The position numbers were made by a program, and so were the translations under genes. 13,995 bases of DNA from Promethearchaeota archaeon. GTDB lineage: Archaea > Asgardarchaeota > Lokiarchaeia > Sigyniarchaeales > SOKP01. Position 1 is the stretch's first letter. Every line of letters starts with the position of its first letter. Below, piece by piece: positions 9,075-13,995 of the stretch. The stretch is taken from the NCBI GenBank assembly GCA_018238625.1, contig JABCSY010000105.1, forward strand, positions 1 to 13,995, given 5' to 3'. The notes beneath the pieces were generated by a model, which did not search any database, had not been told where the DNA came from, and saw nothing but the letters and a program-made list of their open reading frames with translations.

Positions 9075-9488
9075 ATGACGAATAAAGCTTGTCTAGACAC
9101 TGGGATTATTACACAATCATATTCTAAAGAACCCCCTAAGAGTATTTTACTTTTTATGGACTCAATTAAAGCGGGAAAAATTGAAGCTTATGTTCTTTCG
9201 CCTATAATTGTGGAGGTATTTTATCATATATGTAAATTGAAAGGAAAAGCAAACGCAGAAACAATGATTGCAACATTTCTTAAAACATATCCAATAAAAA
9301 TTGTGAATTTAAATCAATCACTTATTTTTAAAGCAGGTATATTAAAATGTCAGCATCGGGCAGAATTATCCTATAATGATTGTTATGCTATTGCTTTTTC
9401 CTTAAATAAAAAAATAACATTTCATACAACAGAAAAAAGCTTAAGTAAAATACTACCAACTCTAAAATTAAAAACTTATAGGTTTTAA
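9075..9488 (+). CDS. PIN-domain VapC-like toxin (ribonuclease)
   Basis: ACLDTGII, SPIIVEVFY, LSYNDCYAIA and TTEK supply the PIN acidic positions. Directly downstream of the AbrB gene. Confidence 0.9.
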   Translation: MTNKACLDTGIITQSYSKEPPKSILLFMDSIKAGKIEAYVLSPIIVEVFYHICKLKGKANAETMIATFLKTYPIKIVNLNQSLIFKAGILKCQHRAELSYNDCYAIAFSLNKKITFHTTEKSLSKILPTLKLKTYRF

Positions 9489-9506
9489 CTTGTATTAATC
9501 TAAAAA

Positions 9507-10364
9507 GTGATTTTTATGAATAAGAAATGGTATAAAGGAAAAGTATTTGTAATTACAGGAGCGAGCGGTGATATCGGTAGCGAAGTGTGTCGGCTTTTTG
9601 CTCCTTTAGGAATGAGGATGTACTTATTAGATTTACCTAACTCGCCTTTAGAGGGACTTGTAGATGAATTGAAAAAACTAGGAGCCGATCACGTGGAAGC
9701 ATTTATCTTAAATATAACAAACCGAGAACAAATTGAAGTAGTTCTTAAAAATATTGGTGAAAAAGAGAAGTATCTTGATATCATATTTAATAATGCCGGA
9801 ATTGGAAGCAAATGCTCGATAACAAATAAAGGAACGTTTGAAGAGTACAGAAAAATAATGTCCGTAAATGTAGACGGTATGTGGCTCGTACTTCAAGCAG
9901 CTCTCCCATACATAGGACGACCTTCTCCAACGAGAAAAACCCCCGATAGAAGGGAAGGACAATTAATATTTTCTTCGAGCGCTGCGGGAAAGACTGGTGT
10001 CCCTAACATGGCAGCATACGCTATGAGCAAAAGCGCAATTATAACCTTAGCAGATTCGATTCGGTCGGAATATAAAATGAACGGTCATAAAATTGATGTA
10101 ATTACTTCGTTATCCGCTCCTGCTAATACTAAATTTTATAGCACACCAGAAATGGTGAACTGGGTGAAAGGTTATAAAAAGAGAGGCTTTTTATTTAAAT
10201 TTGTCGAGCCCCAAGATGTTGCTAAACGAGTCTTAAAAGCTTCACGCAAAAGTAAGAAAGAGGTATACGTGCCAAGGTTTTGGTGGTTAATAGGCTTTCT
10301 ATTCGTTTTCAGCCACGGTCTAATAGGGAACTTACTCATTAAAATTGAGAAAACCCAGAAATAA
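9507..10364 (+). CDS. Short-chain dehydrogenase/reductase (classical SDR)
   Basis: TGASGDIG, NNAGIG, SSSAAG, YAMSK. The true start may be the ATG at 9516 rather than the GTG at 9507. Confidence 0.93.
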   Translation: MIFMNKKWYKGKVFVITGASGDIGSEVCRLFAPLGMRMYLLDLPNSPLEGLVDELKKLGADHVEAFILNITNREQIEVVLKNIGEKEKYLDIIFNNAGIGSKCSITNKGTFEEYRKIMSVNVDGMWLVLQAALPYIGRPSPTRKTPDRREGQLIFSSSAAGKTGVPNMAAYAMSKSAIITLADSIRSEYKMNGHKIDVITSLSAPANTKFYSTPEMVNWVKGYKKRGFLFKFVEPQDVAKRVLKASRKSKKEVYVPRFWWLIGFLFVFSHGLIGNLLIKIEKTQK

Positions 10365-10411
10365 GCACTAAAGAGTTAAAAATATTAAAAAAATTGGTTT
10401 TTACTTTATTT

Positions 10412-10798
10412 TTATTGCTCATATTTTAGCATAAATTCTATAAAAAGCATAGCAAAGACGAAATCTCCGAATGCCAGCACAACGAAAACAATTGTGAGGT
10501 CCCCTATAAATAAATATATAAGGTTACATCCAAAATAAGCAAGTTTACTAATTATTCCGAGTATGACAATTCCACTATTGTTATTTATATCCCTTCCAAC
10601 GATAAAATACCCTATTCCAAACGTAAATATTAATATCAAAAGAGCGTGCAAAAAGAAAAGAGTAGGTGGTTTTGTTATGCCAAAAGTAGCAAAAATCGTC
10701 TCGTCAACGATGCTTAAAATAATAAACGATACTGAAAGAATCCAATTCCAGAAAGCACCAATGATAAACATGTACTTGTAATAATCTTTCTTATCCAA
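10412..10798 (-). CDS. Small hypothetical membrane protein (about 4 TM helices)
   Basis: Four hydrophobic segments (GAFWNW..., FGIGYF..., GIISKL..., GDFVFAMLF). TTG start with AGGGA upstream. Confidence 0.75.
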   Translation of the reverse strand: MDKKDYYKYMFIIGAFWNWILSVSFIILSIVDETIFATFGITKPPTLFFLHALLILIFTFGIGYFIVGRDINNNSGIVILGIISKLAYFGCNLIYLFIGDLTIVFVVLAFGDFVFAMLFIEFMLKYEQ

Positions 10799-10992
10799 TT
10801 TAATCCCTTAATCGAAGTTTTTATAATTTTTATAAATAATATTGTTAAGTTAATTTAAACTACATCTTATAAAAGAATTGAGTTATAATAAATCTAATAA
10901 GGGAGATTTAAGTATTAGAATTGATATGAGATTTTTAATAAATAAAACTCTATTAAAAAAATTTAATTTTAAGAAAAAAAGGGTTAAAACAT

Positions 10993-11970
10993 ATGGCTAT
11001 ACAATATAATAAAATGATTTTACACGGAATTCTCCAAGCCGTTTTATACATAGCTCTACCTTTAGTTCTGTTCGAAGTAATCTCAATGATGGGACTTGTA
11101 ACGTTCAGTCAAGAGTTTAAAATTACGATTATAATTATCGGAATTATAGGCGTTGTATTTGCTATGTTAAGGCATGCTTTTCCCAAAGACACTTCTGCTA
11201 ATCGTCTTGTGGCGTTTGGTTCTGTAGTCTATTCTGGTATTTATTTGTTTTATCTATTCGGTGGATTTAGATCTGGAGTGGCCTTAGGAACATATTCAAT
11301 TAATCTCCCTACAATTCAGGTGCTTTTAGGCTTACAATTAATCGCTTGGTTATTTTTAGCATCCTCAGGAATTAGAGCATTACAATATTTAATTGAAGCA
11401 ATTGAACTTCGTAAGAAGAAAGAATATAATGTTAGGATAAAAAAACAGTTTAAATTGAGCAAAGTTTTTAAAACTCTTGGCTTAATACTAAGCTTAGTCA
11501 TAATGGGATATTTTGGTAGCATAATCTATAGCGGAACGAACCTAGGCTTTAATATACACGATATAGCTCCTACTGACATAACATATGACGATGGAGGAAC
11601 ACCAGGACCACCGGGTCTTGATGACGATTTAAATATTACAATAACTTTTGATATTATTAATCAAGGAGTTTATGCTATTTATGACGTATACCTTGATGTA
11701 ATTATTTATACGGTAACAACAGATAATCCAATAGTACTTCCAGAATATACAAAAATAGGTGAATCGCTAGACAATTTTTATAGTACATTTCATTCTTTTA
11801 CAACGACACTTAATCAAGAAATAATAGTGAACATTGATACAGCATATATATTCGGGTTAGCTACTACCGATGCTGTTTTAGAGCTACAAATCTCATTCTC
11901 AACGTTGTACGCCGGAATTTTAATTGATGTAAATACATCAATTCAAACAGTATGGAATTCTTTAATTTAG
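10993..11970 (+). CDS. Hypothetical membrane protein (about 5 TM helices plus acidic Thr-rich C-terminal domain, probably extracellular)
   Basis: Hydrophobic N-terminal half, basic loop (RKKKEYNVRIKKQFK), a further TM helix, then a D/T/I/V-rich domain. No family recognised. Confidence 0.8.
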   Translation: MAIQYNKMILHGILQAVLYIALPLVLFEVISMMGLVTFSQEFKITIIIIGIIGVVFAMLRHAFPKDTSANRLVAFGSVVYSGIYLFYLFGGFRSGVALGTYSINLPTIQVLLGLQLIAWLFLASSGIRALQYLIEAIELRKKKEYNVRIKKQFKLSKVFKTLGLILSLVIMGYFGSIIYSGTNLGFNIHDIAPTDITYDDGGTPGPPGLDDDLNITITFDIINQGVYAIYDVYLDVIIYTVTTDNPIVLPEYTKIGESLDNFYSTFHSFTTTLNQEIIVNIDTAYIFGLATTDAVLELQISFSTLYAGILIDVNTSIQTVWNSLI

Positions 11971-12064
11971 GTTTCTAAAACATTTTTATTTCTTTTTTTA
12001 ATTTTAATTTAATTGATTTTATTTTATTCAATTCGGTTTCTATTAATAAATTATATCCAATTAC

Positions 12065-12089
12065 TTTAAATTTGAGAGCACTCAATTTT
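12065..12089 (+). promoter_or_regulatory. Putative TATA box and downstream palindrome for a leaderless peroxiredoxin-like transcript
   Basis: TTTAAA at 12065-12070 ends 24 nt before ATG 12095. TTGAG-agca-CTCAA at 12072-12085. No SD motif visible. Confidence 0.5.
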
Positions 12090-12094
12090 TTAAT

Positions 12095-12607
12095 ATGAAC
12101 GACGAAGAACCGCCAAGGCCTAGTGGATTACCAGCGGGTTCTAAAGCGCCATTATTTGATACAAAAGACATCTACGGAAAAGAAATGAATTTAGAAAACT
12201 TGATCACGGAATACGATGGAGTGTTAATTGATTTCTTTAGAGGAAACTGGTGAAGTCATTGCAAAAAACATTTAACGCTACTAACAGAAAATATATCCGA
12301 ATTTGAGAACAGAAATATTAAACTTATGTCAATAGCAAGCGATAGCGAAAGACTTCTGAAGAAATTTAAGGAAGAAAATAATTTTGCGGTAGATATGATA
12401 TCAGATCGTGGAGCAAAGATTGCGAAGGATTACGATGTTTACTGGTTTGCTCCCGGTGGAGGAGGGAGTGTAAATATTAAACAAGCGGTACCGAGTAAAT
12501 TTCTAATAAACAAGGACGGAAAGATTATTTGGACTTATATTGGTAAAGATAAGACTGATAGGCCTTCAATAAAGATGATGACAGACATTATTGACGAAGA
12601 ATTATAG
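12095..12607 (+). CDS. Peroxiredoxin-like (AhpC/TSA, thioredoxin-fold) selenoprotein, 170 aa, Sec at codon 53
   Basis: ATG 12095 reads MNDEEPPRPSGLPAGSKAPLFDTKDIYGKEMNLENLITEYDGVLIDFFRGNW-TGA(12251-12253)-SHCKKHLTLLTENISEFENRNIKL and continues in frame into the 12326..12607 ORF. The TGA sits at the first Cys of the family motif F(Y/F)RGxWCPxC. AhpC/TSA motifs lie on both sides (G.KAP.F; SD; AVPSKFLINKDGKI; DRP). A SECIS-like element follows the stop. Confidence 0.92.
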
Positions 12608-12608
12608 A

Positions 12609-12679
12609 ATCCCTTAAGAATGACTTGTGTGTAAAAAATATAGACGCACGATGACGAACCCCGCAAGGTTTTATGGGAT
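12609..12679 (+). ncRNA. Eukaryote-like (Lokiarchaeal-type) SECIS element in the 3' UTR (cis-acting RNA)
   Basis: Manual folding. Helix I: AUCCCUUAAGA (12609-12619) with UUUUAUGGGAU (12669-12679). Core: A-UGAC (12620-12624) opposite UGAC (12652-12655), giving tandem G.A/A.G pairs. Helix II: UUGUGUGU (12625-12632) with ACGCACGA (12644-12651). Apical loop starts AAAAAA (12633-12638). Confidence 0.85.
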
Positions 12680-12684
12680 ATTAC

Positions 12685-12704
12685 TTATTTTTTTTAGATT
12701 TTTT
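12685..12704 (+). terminator. T-tract terminator directly after the SECIS
   Basis: TTATTTTTTTTAGATTTTTT follows the stem-loop, consistent with the SECIS lying inside the transcript. Confidence 0.5.
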
Positions 12705-12753
12705 GGACTATAATCAAATTAATAAAATTATAAAGAAAAAATAGATTTTATAA

Positions 12754-13575
12754 CTAATAAGTATAGAAACCCTTTCCAGATTTTCTTCCTAAATCGCCTT
12801 TATCAACCATATCTTTAAGAGCTTGCGGTGGTTTATCGTTTGGATCTCCGCTTTCCTTATAGTAAGACATCTCAATATCCCAAACAACATCTAATCCAAC
12901 TTGATCCATTAAGGTAAAAGGTCCTTGCCCCATTTTAGTATATATTTTCCACGCTTGATCAATTACTTCAACATCAGCGTGTCCACCAGCCCATATTTTC
13001 AAGCTTTCTTTTTTAATTGCGCGCCATATTCGATTAAAAACAAAACCAAAACATTCTTTTTTAACAATTAACGGCGTAATTTCTATACTTTCAACCCAAC
13101 TCTTCCCTTTCTGAAAAGTCTCATCGCTAGTCTCGCTCCCTCTCATTATATCTGCCATAGGAATTGCTGTAAGATTATAAAAGTGGATGTTCAACACTTT
13201 ATCTTTTCGTTTAACAGAGTCTTCAAGCTTCGATATGGGAATTGAGGAACTATTAGTCGCTATTATAGCATGTAGTGGTGCGTATTTGTCGATTTCAGAA
13301 AAGATTTCTTTCTTCAAATCCAATTTTTCTGGGATTGCTTCTATAATTAGATCTGCATCTTTTACAGCTTCCGCAATAGTATCGTGGAATGAAACATCTC
13401 CAGAAACCTTTTTTATCCTTTTCCTTCTCGCAATTTTTCTCGTGTATTTATCAAACCCTTCGGGATTTGCGTCGTACATTCGAATCGAATAATCCTTATC
13501 CGCAGATTTTTCAACAATTTGCTTTCCCATGAAACCTATTCCAATAATGGACACAACTTTAATTTCATCAACCAT
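12754..13575 (-). CDS. 3-hydroxyacyl-CoA dehydrogenase family protein
   Basis: IIGIGFMG Rossmann motif, DLIIEAIPEKLDLK, ATNSSS, IHFYN, GFVFNRI, GPFTLMDQVGLD, LGRKSGKGFYTY. Confidence 0.95.
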   Translation of the reverse strand: MVDEIKVVSIIGIGFMGKQIVEKSADKDYSIRMYDANPEGFDKYTRKIARRKRIKKVSGDVSFHDTIAEAVKDADLIIEAIPEKLDLKKEIFSEIDKYAPLHAIIATNSSSIPISKLEDSVKRKDKVLNIHFYNLTAIPMADIMRGSETSDETFQKGKSWVESIEITPLIVKKECFGFVFNRIWRAIKKESLKIWAGGHADVEVIDQAWKIYTKMGQGPFTLMDQVGLDVVWDIEMSYYKESGDPNDKPPQALKDMVDKGDLGRKSGKGFYTY

Positions 13576-13763
13576 TTTAAATCCACCAATTTTTTTTAAT
13601 TTAATTTATTTTAAAATTCTCTATATAAGAAATTAATTAACAATAATTATATATTCAAGTTTATCTCCAATAATTAATAATCAACTTTTTACAAGAAATT
13701 TTTCTTTAAAATTTAATTTACAAATAAAAAAAAATATGGATTCCAAAAGGAGATAAGATTAAA

Positions 13764-13995
13764 ATGGTACAAGAAAAAACAGCTTGGTATGAAACACCTG
13801 TAATTAAAGATATGATGGCATTAATGGGTGGCAGAGCGTTAAGAGGTGTAATGGCCAATTATTTATCGTCTAAAATTTATGTAGGAAAAGCGGCGCTACT
13901 ACGAGTTACGCGATACTTAGAAGCTATGATTGATAAACAAGATAGGCGAGCGTTAATTATAACAGATTCTTTTACTCAAAAATTTGCCAAAAAGC
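13764..13995 (+). CDS. Probable iron-containing alcohol dehydrogenase, N-terminal part; runs off the window edge
   Basis: Not in the ORF track. MVQEKTAWYETPVIKDMMALMGGRALRGVMANYLSSKIYVGKAALLRVTRYLEAMIDKQDRRALIITDSFTQKFAKK is open to the edge. 'KIYVG..AL' and 'RALIITD' fit the Fe-ADH N-terminus. AGGAG lies upstream. Confidence 0.65.
   Translation, partial: MVQEKTAWYETPVIKDMMALMGGRALRGVMANYLSSKIYVGKAALLRVTRYLEAMIDKQDRRALIITDSFTQKFAKK

Noticed and set aside
7835-9488. thyX plus TA pair as a sign of a provirus or mobile element
   Set aside because: No integrase, transposase, structural genes or att repeats are visible, and the flanks are ordinary metabolic genes.
9708-11522. ORFs 9708..9962 (-), 10563..10781 (+) and 11316..11522 (-)
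   Set aside because: Antisense shadows of the SDR and the two membrane protein genes.
12251-12253. TGA as a nonsense mutation (pseudogene) or as Trp/Gly under genetic code 4/25
   Set aside because: It falls on the catalytic Cys position with a SECIS downstream and no other lesion. Trp is encoded by TGG (including the preceding codon), and no other gene here has an in-frame TGA.
12254-12300. Bacterial-type SECIS immediately after the UGA
   Set aside because: AGTCATTGCAAAAAACATTTAACGC... shows no convincing stem-loop by eye. The 3' UTR element explains recoding better.
12326-12607. 93-aa ORF as a stand-alone gene
   Set aside because: It lacks the redox motif and is in frame with upstream AhpC/TSA-like sequence, so it is the C-terminal part of 12095..12607.
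13187-13492. 101-aa ORF (+)
   Set aside because: Antisense shadow of the 3-hydroxyacyl-CoA dehydrogenase.
1-13995. CRISPR array, tRNA (including tRNA-Sec), rRNA or IS element
   Set aside because: No spaced repeats, cloverleaf-like GC-rich segment or transposase seen by eye. The only structured intergenic segment of that size is the SECIS.

Overview
AT-rich prokaryotic window with archaeal-style signals (TATA-like boxes about 25 nt before starts, T-tract terminators), most consistent with an Asgard archaeon such as Lokiarchaeia (inference). Genes in order: partial M29 aminopeptidase (-); radical-SAM anaerobic sulfatase maturase with SEC-C tail; truncated serine hydrolase remnant; MFS transporter and GH2 glycosidase (-); acyl-CoA ligase; ATC-hydrolase-like protein; short CPBP-protease-like remnant; thyX; AbrB/PIN (VapBC-type) toxin-antitoxin pair; SDR; two membrane proteins; peroxiredoxin-like gene; 3-hydroxyacyl-CoA dehydrogenase; partial Fe-alcohol dehydrogenase. 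The main hidden feature is that the 93-aa ORF 12326..12607 is only the C-terminal half of a 170-aa peroxiredoxin-like selenoprotein (12095..12607). It has an in-frame TGA at 12251-12253 in a W-U-S-H-C (UxxC) motif. Immediately after its TAG stop lies a eukaryote-like SECIS (AUGA/GA core, A-rich apical loop) with an extra side hairpin. All product calls come from motif recognition by eye; no searches or folding programs were run.
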